Virus record (IMG/VR): IMGVR_UViG_3300032305_001540
Coordinates: 1 to 30,587 of that record
Strand: one strand, 5' to 3'
DNA: 30,587 bases
Source of the DNA: a virus
Taxonomy: Duplodnaviria > Caudoviricetes
The stretch's first letter is position 1. Every line of letters starts with the position of its first letter. Under the pieces are notes generated by a model. The model saw only the letters and a list, made by a program, of their open reading frames with translations, was not told the DNA's origin and made no database searches. Position numbers and translations under genes: made by a program. Shown here in pieces: positions 1 to 10,247 of the stretch.

Positions 1-527
1 CTATGAGCACTTACAGTAGTCATGACATTGCTTGCAACTGCAACAGCAGCAAGGTTTCCAGACGGAACAACAAGTGGTACTGGCCCTGAAATTGGAGCAT
101 AGGACGATGAGTCCACTGAACCAAAGCCATTGTCGTATGCACCTTCAACTACAAAGTAACCACCGTTTTCAAGAAGGTTGTTTGCAGCTGTTGCGTTCAA
201 GTTCCACGACATGTTAAACGACATATACATTTCTGCATAAGACGTATTACCAATCATAGCTGGTTGGTTTGTAACTGCAGTAACTTCTTGTCCAGTAATG
301 AAGTTTGCAAACGACGAGTTGTCTTGCTTGCTCTGCAAGAAACCCATGACGTTCTTTGTGTCAGATGCAGATCCAGTGGATGTACCAGCTGCACCATTTG
401 CTAGGCCTAGTGTTGCTCCAGAGTTTGCTACATCTCCAGTTGGTGATGTAGGCGTCACTGCCAACAAGTTAGCTGCAGCCGTTACAGATGTGAACGTAAA
501 GTTCGATAGTTTAAAATCTCTTGCCAT
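1..527 (-). CDS. Virion structural protein, possibly head decoration/cement (runs off the window edge)
   Basis: Not in the ORF track. ATG at 527 follows the SD TAAGGAG directly after the capsid stop. Reads MARDFKLSNFTFTSVTAAANLLAVTPTSPTGDVANSG..., Ala/Thr/Gly/Ser-rich, and stays open to position 1. Function inferred from position. Confidence 0.6.
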   Translation of the reverse strand, partial: MARDFKLSNFTFTSVTAAANLLAVTPTSPTGDVANSGATLGLANGAAGTSTGSASDTKNVMGFLQSKQDNSSFANFITGQEVTAVTNQPAMIGNTSYAEMYMSFNMSWNLNATAANNLLENGGYFVVEGAYDNGFGSVDSSSYAPISGPVPLVVPSGNLAAVAVASNVMTTVSAH

Positions 528-537
528 AATTTACTCC

Positions 538-1599
538 TTAATCTGTGACCTGGATATTCAGGCGACCAATGGCGCGAGTATGAGGAATCCACAAGCCAAC
601 GCCCCAGTCGAACAGGATGTTGTGCATAAAGCCGTTTTCCTGACTCAGACCAAGGTTTTTAGGCTTGAATGGCTCAGACTGCCAACCAGTGACATAACCA
701 GTACCGTAACGTACAGCGAAGATGGAAGTAGCCTTACTAGCATCAAGGTTAGCACCACTAAGGGTCTGAACGTTGCTGATGACTGGGGTAACGCCATCTG
801 ACTTACGACCAACAGTACGAACCGTAGCGTTCTTGTACTTTTCGACTGGGCGATCGTAGCTGTCCTGAGTGATATCAAAACCAGCACCAATACCCATCAC
901 GCGGATGGCCATTTCAAACTGGCGCTTTGCAGCTTCAGAACAGTACAAAACGACGCCATCACCATCTGGGCTGTTCATGTTGTCAAACAACGTTTGAAGA
1001 TCAGCGATAAGGCGGTTTGCAGCCTGTACACCAAACGGAATGGATCCAGACTTTGCGGATGTACGGAACAGGTTAGTTGCCGAAATATCCTGCGAAGAAA
1101 CGATCATTTCAGATGGAATATCATAGTCTGCGTTATTTTGAAGACGATAAGAAAGACCAGGGAAACAGTCAGGGGAGTTGCCAACAACAGACGACGTCGG
1201 ATCATTATTGATCAGCTTGTCGTTGAAGTCGTAGGCAAAGCCTTCGAGGAACATCTGAATCTGGGATTCTACTGGATCAACAATAGCATTTGGCTGCTCA
1301 AGGATACGGCGGTCTACCGTGATCTTGTTGCGCAGAATGTACAGCTGCTCTTCGTAGGACTTAGGCTTGGTCTTAAAGGTCTGTGGTTCAGTGTTGAGAG
1401 GAGTCCAGTTAGGAAGTGGAATGTTCTCGTTCGTGAAACGCATACCCGTCTGACGAAGGGATGGATTGGTTGATAGAGGAATGTCCTTGACGGCATTCCA
1501 GGTTTTATGCAGACTCTTAGTGATTTCTTTGACAAGAGGGTCGTTAGAAATCGCAGCGTAGTCTGCAAGTGTAAGGGCACCATTAAAATCTACTGCCAT
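538..1599 (-). CDS. Major capsid protein (HK97-type fold inferred)
   Basis: 353 aa directly after scaffold and portal. N-terminal ALTLADYA, plus FINND-like and FDGL-like (FPGLSYRL) segments and a C-terminal RAIGRL typical of phage capsids. Confidence 0.85.
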   Translation of the reverse strand: MAVDFNGALTLADYAAISNDPLVKEITKSLHKTWNAVKDIPLSTNPSLRQTGMRFTNENIPLPNWTPLNTEPQTFKTKPKSYEEQLYILRNKITVDRRILEQPNAIVDPVESQIQMFLEGFAYDFNDKLINNDPTSSVVGNSPDCFPGLSYRLQNNADYDIPSEMIVSSQDISATNLFRTSAKSGSIPFGVQAANRLIADLQTLFDNMNSPDGDGVVLYCSEAAKRQFEMAIRVMGIGAGFDITQDSYDRPVEKYKNATVRTVGRKSDGVTPVISNVQTLSGANLDASKATSIFAVRYGTGYVTGWQSEPFKPKNLGLSQENGFMHNILFDWGVGLWIPHTRAIGRLNIQVTD

Positions 1600-1609
1600 T
1601 GTTTTTCAC

Positions 1610-2422
1610 CTACAAATTATTTGGATTACGAGTAATACCGAGAAGTTGCGAAAGTGTAGACATCGACCCTTGACGTGGTGCCTGTGGTGCTCTGCCAGCA
1701 GACTGTCCACCACCCATAGGAGTTGGTGACTGAGCTTGCAACCGTCCGGTAAGTTCTGGGACTAGTTGTTGCGCAAGAGCTTTCACTTGGTTGTGAACAA
1801 ACTCCGCAGCTACAGTTGGAGACAAACCTTGTTGAACAAGACTTGTCACAAGATCAGGCGCTCTGGATGCAAACTTGTACTGGGACATTGCTTCGTTCAA
1901 TTCTTGAGCAACCATGTACTCCTGAATCTGTCCGAGTTGTCGTTCATACTTTAACCTAGTTAACTCAGCTTCCTGCTGTGCATATGCACTTTGGGGATCT
2001 AAGATATTGGCTGATTGCAGATTTTCATATCGTTGTCGAATTTCAGATTCTTCGGCTTCTTGCTGTTGCTGAAGTAAAGCTTGTTGAATATCGGCAGCGC
2101 TGTTAAATCCCAGGTGCTTGAACTCGTCAATGACACCCCGCCATGCTTCCAGCTCTCCGCTTGTCTGTTCAGCTTGCTTGGCGCGTTCATTGACCTCGCG
2201 AAAGCGCTCGTATGGTACAGCGCCTGGTGAATCACCAAGCAATGATTCCAATAACGAATCACTATCAGCAACTTGCGTACTTGTATCAGCATTTAACGCC
2301 CTGTCTGCTGTCAATTCAGGAACGGCGTCTTCCTGAATGAAGTTTGCAAATGCTTCGCGCAACCCGCTGTCCGTCGCCCCCGCTGGTGAATCGGGAGTTG
2401 GCATCACCATCTCGTCAGACAT
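1610..2422 (-). CDS. Capsid scaffolding protein
   Basis: 270 aa, acidic coiled-coil, VPYERFREVN motif common in scaffolds, Pro/Gly-rich C-terminal linker, lies between portal and capsid. Confidence 0.75.
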   Translation of the reverse strand: MSDEMVMPTPDSPAGATDSGLREAFANFIQEDAVPELTADRALNADTSTQVADSDSLLESLLGDSPGAVPYERFREVNERAKQAEQTSGELEAWRGVIDEFKHLGFNSAADIQQALLQQQQEAEESEIRQRYENLQSANILDPQSAYAQQEAELTRLKYERQLGQIQEYMVAQELNEAMSQYKFASRAPDLVTSLVQQGLSPTVAAEFVHNQVKALAQQLVPELTGRLQAQSPTPMGGGQSAGRAPQAPRQGSMSTLSQLLGITRNPNNL

Positions 2423-2464
2423 CTAGTTATCCTCAATCTACCACATAATTAAAATTTATATACA

Positions 2465-4624
2465 TCAAGCCTGTGGTTGAGCTTGCTGATTTTGTTGCGG
2501 ATTAATACCTTGCATCAGCATTTGCTGTCTCAAATCCGCAATCTTTTGGGCTGCGTAATCGTCCTGTTTAGCACGACTTGCAGCCTCTGTTTTTGCATCG
2601 TTCTCACGAATCTTCATCTCAGAACGCATCTGCTCAGCTTCAGGATCAAATGCAGGTTGCTTAGGAGCTTGTTGAGCTTCCATTTGCTGCTGTTGCATCT
2701 CCATCATCATTTGCTGCTGTTCTTGTTGCTTTGCCTGTTGATTAGCCAGGTGCTCTAGAATAGTGCCTGTTTCTGGCAACTGAAGCATACGTACAACCAG
2801 CGCGTTTGTTTCTGGATCTGCTGGATCACCGAACAATCCCATCTGCCGTAGAATCGAAATCTTCTGTATCTTTTGATCTGGGCTGTCTTCTTGCGTACTT
2901 CCTGGAACATACACAACACGATATTGACCACCATCACGGATTGCATCAAACGTAATCACACCCTGTTGAGCAGCAGCTCTTGGATTCATTTGATCATCAA
3001 CCGAACCAATGAATGGAGCTGCAGCAAATTGTTCTACAAGTGCAATCTCCCATTCTTTGATCTTGGCTGCACTTATTTCAATATCAGCTCTGATAAATGA
3101 GTGCTGTGTGTTATCTGCACGTTGTAGGAGTCTTACGGATTCAGCTGGCGTTCCTGCTTGTGCCATACCTTGACTAACATCGTGCAAACCCGCAATGTCT
3201 GCCATATCTTTTTCAAGTACTTGAAGGAATGGGAAAAGGTCAGCGCTAATGCCAGGAGCACGCATAATTTGAGGAGGACGGCTACCAGTGTCGTGATAAA
3301 CCTTTCGATAAATACGGTTCTTGTCATTGATATCATCACCAGTGACATTAAAAGCATCTGCACCAATACGAGCACGTCGTTCTACAACGACGTAATCTTT
3401 ATTCTTTTCCATCTGTTCAACGGCACGTGAGTAAACTCGGTTATACGTAAGTTGGAGATGGGTTAGGTCAAACCCTAAGCTGTGCCCGTATGGAGTGCCG
3501 GATCTAGGCTGCCATCGAAGAGGGATAAATGGGAATTCATCACGCTTTTCATAAGGCCATATACCAGCATAAAGAAGCTGATCATCCGATGTAACGATGT
3601 AACGACCTTTAGGATATTGGGATGTTGGTTTTTCCCAGTACTCATAAACAACGGCAGCCATACGGCGATGATCTGCAGCATTTAGCCTAGCTGACGTTGG
3701 TTGAGTCCATGCTTGACCAGCACCATTAGCACCTTCAAGGTATGCATCAACGTATCCAGCCGACTGACCTGTCAATGCATTAGCTTTGACTTTCTTTCCA
3801 GCTTCACCATAGTTATCTACAAACCAACCAAGTGGTTTAATACTTGCATGTATCATCCACCTAATGTGGTGATCAGTCTGTGCATGAGGATCAATGTAAA
3901 TATTGAAACAAGGAATGATTTCTTCTTCGACATCACCCATTGGCACTTTGTCATAACCAGTTATCTGGCCGTTCATATCGAAATACGGCATTACTTGTTC
4001 AGACTTGGCGTTCCAGTAGACTTTTACAAAAGATGTCCCAGTCACACATGCCCAGCGAACACGTTCTTTTAATTGTGTTTCACGATTAAATTTTCGCGTG
4101 AAGTGCCCACAAATAAAGTTTGCTTCGTCAGATGCTGCTTGGTCTCGTTCGTTAAATGACAACGGAACTGCTCGTGCATCTGGCCCAACCTGCGTCAATT
4201 TACCAACGACACCATCAATCAAAGGTCTCATCTTATTGATAGTTATGTACCGATTTGGCTCTTTATCGTCCTGTAGTGACGCCAGATTCCTAGCAGCTGA
4301 ATTTATTCGATACCATTGGCGTCCCTCGAAGAAGGCAAGTGCTTGCATCCATTCAAGTTCCATTTCGTATCGAGTGCGATACGACGCATCAAACTGCTCT
4401 TTGACAAATTTAGTAATGTCCTTGGCTTCGTCACTATCTTCGTCAGGAGATACTTTCCAATCCTGCTTCTCGTGATCTATGCCTAGTTTCTTTAGATCGT
4501 TGAGGAGTAGGCTTTCAATATCGAAACTGCCAGGCGTGCCCTTATTATCTGGCGTATTCATAGCCATAACTCTTGGTTGCTTTGCGCCACCCATCAGTTG
4601 TCCTAGTAAGTCTTGAATCGCCAT
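2465..4624 (-). CDS. Portal protein (P22-like, Gln-rich C-terminal barrel)
   Basis: ~719 aa after TerL. Motifs AFFEGRQW, ITINKMRPLID, VYEYW and EFPFIP, with a poly-Q helical tail. ATG at 4624 overlaps the upstream TGA. Confidence 0.9.
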   Translation of the reverse strand: MAIQDLLGQLMGGAKQPRVMAMNTPDNKGTPGSFDIESLLLNDLKKLGIDHEKQDWKVSPDEDSDEAKDITKFVKEQFDASYRTRYEMELEWMQALAFFEGRQWYRINSAARNLASLQDDKEPNRYITINKMRPLIDGVVGKLTQVGPDARAVPLSFNERDQAASDEANFICGHFTRKFNRETQLKERVRWACVTGTSFVKVYWNAKSEQVMPYFDMNGQITGYDKVPMGDVEEEIIPCFNIYIDPHAQTDHHIRWMIHASIKPLGWFVDNYGEAGKKVKANALTGQSAGYVDAYLEGANGAGQAWTQPTSARLNAADHRRMAAVVYEYWEKPTSQYPKGRYIVTSDDQLLYAGIWPYEKRDEFPFIPLRWQPRSGTPYGHSLGFDLTHLQLTYNRVYSRAVEQMEKNKDYVVVERRARIGADAFNVTGDDINDKNRIYRKVYHDTGSRPPQIMRAPGISADLFPFLQVLEKDMADIAGLHDVSQGMAQAGTPAESVRLLQRADNTQHSFIRADIEISAAKIKEWEIALVEQFAAAPFIGSVDDQMNPRAAAQQGVITFDAIRDGGQYRVVYVPGSTQEDSPDQKIQKISILRQMGLFGDPADPETNALVVRMLQLPETGTILEHLANQQAKQQEQQQMMMEMQQQQMEAQQAPKQPAFDPEAEQMRSEMKIRENDAKTEAASRAKQDDYAAQKIADLRQQMLMQGINPQQNQQAQPQA

Positions 4625-4767
4625 CAAAGGTACCTATCTTCCTGGCTCATGGTGCGTAACATCCAAGGATTGCCAACAAGTTGTCTTAGTAACAAGTATA
4701 CGCTAACACAGGTGTACGCAATAATGGCACTGAATACACAAAGTGCACCTAGTAAAGCAGTCATCAT
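4624..4767 (-). CDS. Small membrane protein (47 aa)
   Basis: Read by hand: MMTALLGALCVFSAIIAYTCVSVYLLLRQLVGNPWMLRTMSQEDRYL. Exactly fills the TerL-portal gap with start/stop overlaps at both ends. Confidence 0.65.
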   Translation of the reverse strand: MMTALLGALCVFSAIIAYTCVSVYLLLRQLVGNPWMLRTMSQEDRYL

Positions 4768-6497
4768 AAAAAGTTATCCGTAATAGGCGGACGAAGCCAC
4801 GAAGGCGCGTACTTCATTTTTTCTACTACCTCTTCACACTTTGCTGGATACTCGCGCCACATAACGCCATATCTAAACGAGTCGAGTGCGTGGTCGCTTT
4901 TTGTACCATTGTCAAGTTCTTCTGGATCACGTGGGTCAGCCATTGCTGCTTCTAGTTCACGAATAAGGTTAGGACATCCGTTACGAAGAATGCGCAATCT
5001 CGGAATAACAGAACCCTCGTGCATACGAGACGAAGCCAGCCATTCTTTAACTCGTCTCCAACCAGCTTTACGATCTTTGACGGCACGTACTGCCGGCATG
5101 CCTTTTTTCCACCAGATCTCAACAGGATACTCACCAATACGTTGTGCAGGGTTTTCCGGCGGGAATGTGTTACCCCAGTCAAATGCAATTGCTTCAAGCT
5201 TAGTACGCCATGTCTCCTGTCGCTTATCTGATTGTATTGGTTCAGCTAACTTCATTGTCTCCAGTAGTTCGAGAGCAGCATCAGCTTGCTGACTTGAGAC
5301 CATTCCATTTTTATAAATTTCTGCAAGAACGTAAACATTTTCTACATCATCACTCGCGTAAATCATAAACGAAGCTGGACTATTAGTTCCAAAGTCATGA
5401 GATGCCCAGAATCTCCACCACGGCTTGACATCAATAGTGTCAACTACGTGCCATGGTTGACCCTTTTCGTCATGCTGTTTAAACTCTGGGAAGAATCTTC
5501 CACCAACGCCAACGTCATGCTGACACTCACGAAGGAATGAGATAAGTCCGTAGTCATCAATTTCACGCTGGCAGACCTCTAAGTTTTTATGAGACCAACT
5601 AGGTGTACCGCCTGTAATCTTATAACCCATACGGCCATCTTCTTTTTCAACTGGCTCATATCTCAAATCAATAATTGCAGGGACAATAGGTGACTGGATT
5701 CTGTTCTGCAACATATCAAGCTCACCACTGAGAACTTGAGCCATTACAGAGTTTGCGTGGATCTTGTTTTGAACAAACGCAATCGCGCAGTCGTTTGACT
5801 TTGCTGGCAAAATAGTTTGTGTTATCGTAGCAATCTTTTTATCAACCCTGTTAACTGAGTCGTCAAGTTCGTCAATATCGTCGAGAATAATAAAGTCAGG
5901 CCTAAGATGATCCAGTTTAACACCACGAGCGCCAGTATCAAGACCGAAAGCCAATACGTTAAAACCATTAGCAGTGCGAAGCTTGCTTGCATTCCATCCC
6001 TTAGAAAAGCCATAACGGTTCATAGCCCTTTCAATGCCACATCGCTCCATAGTGGTTGCGATATCTGACACGTGCCTATCAGCAGCTTCTTGTGTAGCAC
6101 ATACATACACAAGAAACCGCCTTGTACCCTTAACGGCGATTCTAGACGTTATAAGTTCCATTGTGGTACTTTTCCCACCACCACGAAACCAGCACTCAAT
6201 TAGGGCACGTGGAGGCGTACCAGGCACTATGCCTTCTGCCCACTCCCACGCACGCTCGTGATGAGCACCAAGGTCTGACGACGCTGCATGTGGAGCGTAT
6301 GTACGCAGCCACTTTTTATAATCTAGTTCAGCTCCGCTAATTTGATATGCCCTCCCCGAGTTGTAGTCGCCTGTTTCAATAACTTCTTTTAAACGTGCAT
6401 CCATCGCCTCAAGCAGTGCATGCGATAAAGGTTTGTCTGGCCTTGTAAATTGCTTAAATCGACGAGGTGTGAGCTTGTCATGATCACGCTGATTCAT
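4764..6497 (-). CDS. terL: Terminase large subunit
   Basis: Walker A-like FRGGGKST, Walker B RPDFIILDD, nuclease motifs ASHDFG and DHALDSFRY. Lies upstream of the portal. Confidence 0.93.
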   Translation of the reverse strand: MNQRDHDKLTPRRFKQFTRPDKPLSHALLEAMDARLKEVIETGDYNSGRAYQISGAELDYKKWLRTYAPHAASSDLGAHHERAWEWAEGIVPGTPPRALIECWFRGGGKSTTMELITSRIAVKGTRRFLVYVCATQEAADRHVSDIATTMERCGIERAMNRYGFSKGWNASKLRTANGFNVLAFGLDTGARGVKLDHLRPDFIILDDIDELDDSVNRVDKKIATITQTILPAKSNDCAIAFVQNKIHANSVMAQVLSGELDMLQNRIQSPIVPAIIDLRYEPVEKEDGRMGYKITGGTPSWSHKNLEVCQREIDDYGLISFLRECQHDVGVGGRFFPEFKQHDEKGQPWHVVDTIDVKPWWRFWASHDFGTNSPASFMIYASDDVENVYVLAEIYKNGMVSSQQADAALELLETMKLAEPIQSDKRQETWRTKLEAIAFDWGNTFPPENPAQRIGEYPVEIWWKKGMPAVRAVKDRKAGWRRVKEWLASSRMHEGSVIPRLRILRNGCPNLIRELEAAMADPRDPEELDNGTKSDHALDSFRYGVMWREYPAKCEEVVEKMKYAPSWLRPPITDNFL

Positions 6498-7242
6498 TTA
6501 TGATCTCCGCGTCTTGTATGTCATCTGCGTCATCACCCTTGTACAACTTCAACATCTTTTGCACGCCGGTTCGAATAGCAATCAACTCATCACCATTACG
6601 TACATTGTCTTTGACGATCTCAAGTAACTGCATAGCAAATGAAAAAGCTTGATCAACCTCGAGGGTATATGCCTTCGCATGCATCATGCGTTGCTCAGCC
6701 TCAACTATCTCGACACGTCGATCAATTAATTCCATGACATCTCTGCTGGCTGCAAATTGATCAAGTGTCTCGTTTAATACGTCGCCAATCTGTTCAAAGG
6801 CATCAATAAAGTCAGATGAACCTAATTTACTATGAGCAAGTTGGTAGGCTGCTTGTACTTTCTTGTACTGCTCAATGCCTACGCCTTCTCCAGCAGCTTC
6901 AGCACGCTTGTCCATGATCGCAGTAATGAATGCTGCGTCATCTTTCAAACTAAATAGGTCTGGGTCGTTACGTAATTCGTCTATTTGAGTAAGTAGTTCT
7001 TTACCTACTTTACTAAACCGCTTGTAACCTACGGAGTTCAACCCAGTAATAAAGTTTGGATGAGCTGGGCCAATTAGTGTCTTGCCACCATGAAATCTAC
7101 AGTAGTTTCGCCCAGAAAGGGCGATGCTATTACAAGGTCTACCCTCTTCTGAATTATAGGTACTTATTCCTCGACATAGTTTTACTTGCTTACCATTGGT
7201 AACTCGATATCTGTCATCGCCAATTTCAACAATCTCAGCCAT
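6484..7242 (-). CDS. terS: Terminase small subunit (HGGxSTG-like Cys/His motif)
   Basis: C..C..CRFHGGKT motif followed by a helical region. Overlaps the terL start. Confidence 0.7.
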   Translation of the reverse strand: MAEIVEIGDDRYRVTNGKQVKLCRGISTYNSEEGRPCNSIALSGRNYCRFHGGKTLIGPAHPNFITGLNSVGYKRFSKVGKELLTQIDELRNDPDLFSLKDDAAFITAIMDKRAEAAGEGVGIEQYKKVQAAYQLAHSKLGSSDFIDAFEQIGDVLNETLDQFAASRDVMELIDRRVEIVEAEQRMMHAKAYTLEVDQAFSFAMQLLEIVKDNVRNGDELIAIRTGVQKMLKLYKGDDADDIQDAEIINESA

Positions 7243-7266
7243 GCCAACATAATACCAACTTACTTA

Positions 7267-7764
7267 CTAGGTTTTTGGCAATCTTAATGTATTTGGAATG
7301 GACGCACCACGTTTAGGGGTACTCTGTCCAGCACCTCTAATGAAATCACCTGGGTTGTACAGTTGTCCTGATTTACGAATAGTCGCAAAGTCTTTTGAAA
7401 CATCTGCCGTAGTGCCACCAGCTGCTCGACGTTTTTTAGCTACTTCCATCAATGCAGCTAAACGATCTTTAGCAATCTGTTGTACTTGATCCCAATCATC
7501 ATCATTACGTTCTTCAAGTTGAGGTTTGTAATAATGTGGATCATACCCATCAGTATTGGTTCGAAATGTTTGCCCAAAACCCCTTTGCCTAGGAACCATT
7601 GGCAACCCATGTTCAATCATATTCTGACGAGCCATTTGCTCGGCATACGGATAGGCCATCATGGCTGCATCGATGTATGGATTAATTTTGATAAGCCCTT
7701 TTACCATCGGGCCTGTACGACCCGATAACAATATCTTTAAGAACTGCTTGTCAATTGGATCCAT
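7267..7764 (-). CDS. Hypothetical protein
   Basis: 165 aa ORF tightly packed in the minus-strand operon. Confidence 0.65.
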   Translation of the reverse strand: MDPIDKQFLKILLSGRTGPMVKGLIKINPYIDAAMMAYPYAEQMARQNMIEHGLPMVPRQRGFGQTFRTNTDGYDPHYYKPQLEERNDDDWDQVQQIAKDRLAALMEVAKKRRAAGGTTADVSKDFATIRKSGQLYNPGDFIRGAGQSTPKRGASIPNTLRLPKT

Positions 7765-7765
7765 T

Positions 7766-8800
7766 TTATCTCATCAACTTTACGTTCTTTTCCGCGTAGG
7801 CCTTATATACTGGGCCTTTCTTAGACATGCGATCTAGTACGTAACTACGAGCATCATCTGTTGTATAACCTTCTTTCGCAAGAAGATTATTTGCTTCGCT
7901 TACAATCCTTGAATATTCAGCTTGCATTGCTCGTTCGTCTACAGCAGCCGTATTAGTGTTTCCAGCGCCTGGTTTAGCATCAGGCTTCTTGCCAGTTTTG
8001 TTTTGCTCAATACGCTGTGAATTCAATTCACCTGCTATATCTAAACCTTTTGGCGCTAATGCCGTAAGTGCGGTAACAACACCAAAATTCAAAGCCCTTT
8101 TGCCAAGAGATGGTGTCTTTATAGCATCACCAGGCTTCCTAAACGGCGAGTTGAATAATGGTTTATTTGCACGCGCAAAGATGTCATCTTTAGCCATGCT
8201 TTGCAATTTGGCAGCGTAAGCATTTGCCTGATACCTAGTCTTTGGTGTAACACCTACTTCGCGACGAACTTTTTGCTGTTGCGCCCTGGTCGGTGTTACT
8301 TTGTTTTTAGAAACTTCAGGTGCTGGTGCACTTGAACCTGCAACACGACTACCAAGACCTAAATTGGTAACTGCATTTTGTACACCGGCAGGTAGTTTTG
8401 GCCGTCGTTTTCCAAATTCTTTTAGAGCGTCAAAAGCGCCTTTACTTTCACGACGAGCTAGATCCTCCGCTTGTACTTTCTGAGCACGTTGTTTCAAACC
8501 TTTAAGCCCAGCGACGTCTTCCTTTAATCGTTGTTGAGTACGTGCAGCTCTAGCTGGACTTGTTAAACCTTCTTTACGACCAGTGACTGGATCATATGCT
8601 GGACTTAAACTTTTTCGATTGTTTGGCATTGGGTCAAACAATCTACGTGCTTGATTCTGTTCTCGAATAACACGCGAACCAACCGCTTGTTTACGAATTT
8701 CGTTCCCAAGGACAGTGGCACCACCCAACACACCTAGCTTAACGCCAGGGTTGTCGATAATCCGTTGAACGAGTGACTTCTCTTTACTATCCTTGGGCAT
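7766..8800 (-). CDS. Basic Lys/Arg/Ala-rich protein (possible internal virion protein)
   Basis: 344 aa, SD-like AGGTGA, two short hydrophobic patches. Function inferred only. Confidence 0.65.
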   Translation of the reverse strand: MPKDSKEKSLVQRIIDNPGVKLGVLGGATVLGNEIRKQAVGSRVIREQNQARRLFDPMPNNRKSLSPAYDPVTGRKEGLTSPARAARTQQRLKEDVAGLKGLKQRAQKVQAEDLARRESKGAFDALKEFGKRRPKLPAGVQNAVTNLGLGSRVAGSSAPAPEVSKNKVTPTRAQQQKVRREVGVTPKTRYQANAYAAKLQSMAKDDIFARANKPLFNSPFRKPGDAIKTPSLGKRALNFGVVTALTALAPKGLDIAGELNSQRIEQNKTGKKPDAKPGAGNTNTAAVDERAMQAEYSRIVSEANNLLAKEGYTTDDARSYVLDRMSKKGPVYKAYAEKNVKLMR

Positions 8801-8807
8801 ACTTCAC

Positions 8808-8993
8808 CTACTCCGCGTTTCGATAAGGAGACATACGAGTCGCCGGATTCATCATGTTATTGATAGATCGGCCTTGACCAGTCATTGCCCTAGCCTTACC
8901 AATGACTTTCTGAGACATCATAGGCATCCTTTTTGGGGGAAGAACTACTTTGATATCTTGCTTAGTCGGTACCTGCTTAACAGCTTTTTCCAC
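8808..8993 (-). CDS. Small basic Met-rich protein
   Basis: 61 aa, GTG start, fills the operon gap. Confidence 0.5.
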   Translation of the reverse strand: MEKAVKQVPTKQDIKVVLPPKRMPMMSQKVIGKARAMTGQGRSINNMMNPATRMSPYRNAE

Positions 8994-9156
8994 GTTTCAT
9001 CCCCATAGGCATCTTCTTGCCAGAAGCAGCTTTCTTGCCTTTTGTCATCATCTTGGCTTTGGACTCTTCTTTATTTTCCATCCCCATGAGTTGACGCATA
9101 GATTTAGCTCCATGCATGGACATCTCACCCTTTGGATACGGCATTCCCTGTGGCAT
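8977..9156 (-). CDS. Small Lys/Met-rich protein (59 aa)
   Basis: Read by hand: MPQGMPYPKGEMSMHGAKSMRQLMGMENKEESKAKMMTKGKKAASGKKMPMGMKRGKSC. SD AAGGAG upstream. Confidence 0.7.
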   Translation of the reverse strand: MPQGMPYPKGEMSMHGAKSMRQLMGMENKEESKAKMMTKGKKAASGKKMPMGMKRGKSC

Positions 9157-9157
9157 A

Positions 9158-9382
9158 TCAATACTCCTTCTGAATTACGATCTTCCCATTACGAAGATGC
9201 TCTTTACGTTCCATTCCCAACAACTGAGACATAGTCGGTTTCTTTTTCAGTCCGTGTTCTTTCATCTCAGCATTCATCAAATTCTTTTTTGTAATCTTGC
9301 GACCATGCTCAATTGATTCTATAGCAAGAAGGTTTTTTTTCAGGCTCAAATGATTCATGTGCTTGTTCATTTGATTGATCAT
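9158..9382 (-). CDS. Small basic protein
   Basis: 74 aa, TAATG-coupled to the upstream gene. Confidence 0.65.
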   Translation of the reverse strand: MINQMNKHMNHLSLKKNLLAIESIEHGRKITKKNLMNAEMKEHGLKKKPTMSQLLGMERKEHLRNGKIVIQKEY

Positions 9383-9543
9383 TATTTGACCTTCTTAAGG
9401 CGTGGATTTGCCTTTTTTGCTGCTGGTGATGAATTGCGAGATGACGCAGCAAGTATTGCTCCGGCACTCTTCATGGATATCCCTTGCTTAGAAGCAATCT
9501 TAGATTGGACTGCTTTAAATCCAGGATGTGCTTTTGTTTTCAT
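9382..9543 (-). CDS. Small basic protein (53 aa)
   Basis: Read by hand: MKTKAHPGFKAVQSKIASKQGISMKSAGAILAASSRNSSPAAKKANPRLKKVK. Overlaps both neighbours; SD-like AGGAAAG. Confidence 0.7.
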   Translation of the reverse strand: MKTKAHPGFKAVQSKIASKQGISMKSAGAILAASSRNSSPAAKKANPRLKKVK

Positions 9544-10181
9544 TTCTTTCCTGCTACAAATCGAAGGTTACCATCTTTACCAACTACCCATCTATTTGCT
9601 GATGGTGGTGTAGATCTATTCCTATACGCAGGTACTATGTCGGCTCTCGTACGTTTCATCTCTTGAAAACTTGGTTGCTCGTCCATTACTAGAGCTGCTG
9701 CACCTAAAGCCTTACCGCCAATAACACGCCCTGCGTCGCTTGCAATCTTACTCCCAGTTGACTTTGCTGTGTTAGCAATAACGTTACTAGCAACTTTAAC
9801 TTTACTTGTAGATGCCTTTTTGGCTGCAAACTCTGCATCAAGACTACGTTTGATGGCTGCTTCTGTTTTAGACTGAATCGACCTTTGAGATAATCTATTT
9901 TTTACAACATTGACATTGTTGGCATCTCTAGCCGTTACAGCTCTTGACGCAACTGCATTTGATTTTGACTCAATACCTTTTACAGTACTAGGTGGCAACT
10001 TAGACTTTGCAGTTTTTAGTTCCGTTTTACTAAGGCCAGCTTTTCTACCGGCATCTCCAAGAAGTCGTGATTGTACTTGACGACTAGTCGGACTAGTTGT
10101 ACGCACCTCGCCAGTAGCCATGGATTTCTTGTCAACTAAGCGAGCTTCTTTCCTGGTCGTTATCTTCTTTTCATTAGCCAT
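9540..10181 (-). CDS. Lys/Ala/Ser-rich basic protein; first gene of this minus-strand operon
   Basis: 213 aa low-complexity basic ORF. Confidence 0.65.
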   Translation of the reverse strand: MANEKKITTRKEARLVDKKSMATGEVRTTSPTSRQVQSRLLGDAGRKAGLSKTELKTAKSKLPPSTVKGIESKSNAVASRAVTARDANNVNVVKNRLSQRSIQSKTEAAIKRSLDAEFAAKKASTSKVKVASNVIANTAKSTGSKIASDAGRVIGGKALGAAALVMDEQPSFQEMKRTRADIVPAYRNRSTPPSANRWVVGKDGNLRFVAGKK

Positions 10182-10247
10182 GTTATACTTACCTACTAGC
10201 CTTGAATGTCACAATCTTGTCACGATTGTACTATAGGAGGGTGTTGA

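Noticed and set aside
32-9666. Plus-strand ORFs opposite the head and packaging genes (e.g. 298-801, 994-1473, 4098-4475)
   Set aside because: Antisense shadows of well-supported minus-strand genes, with no recognisable motifs.
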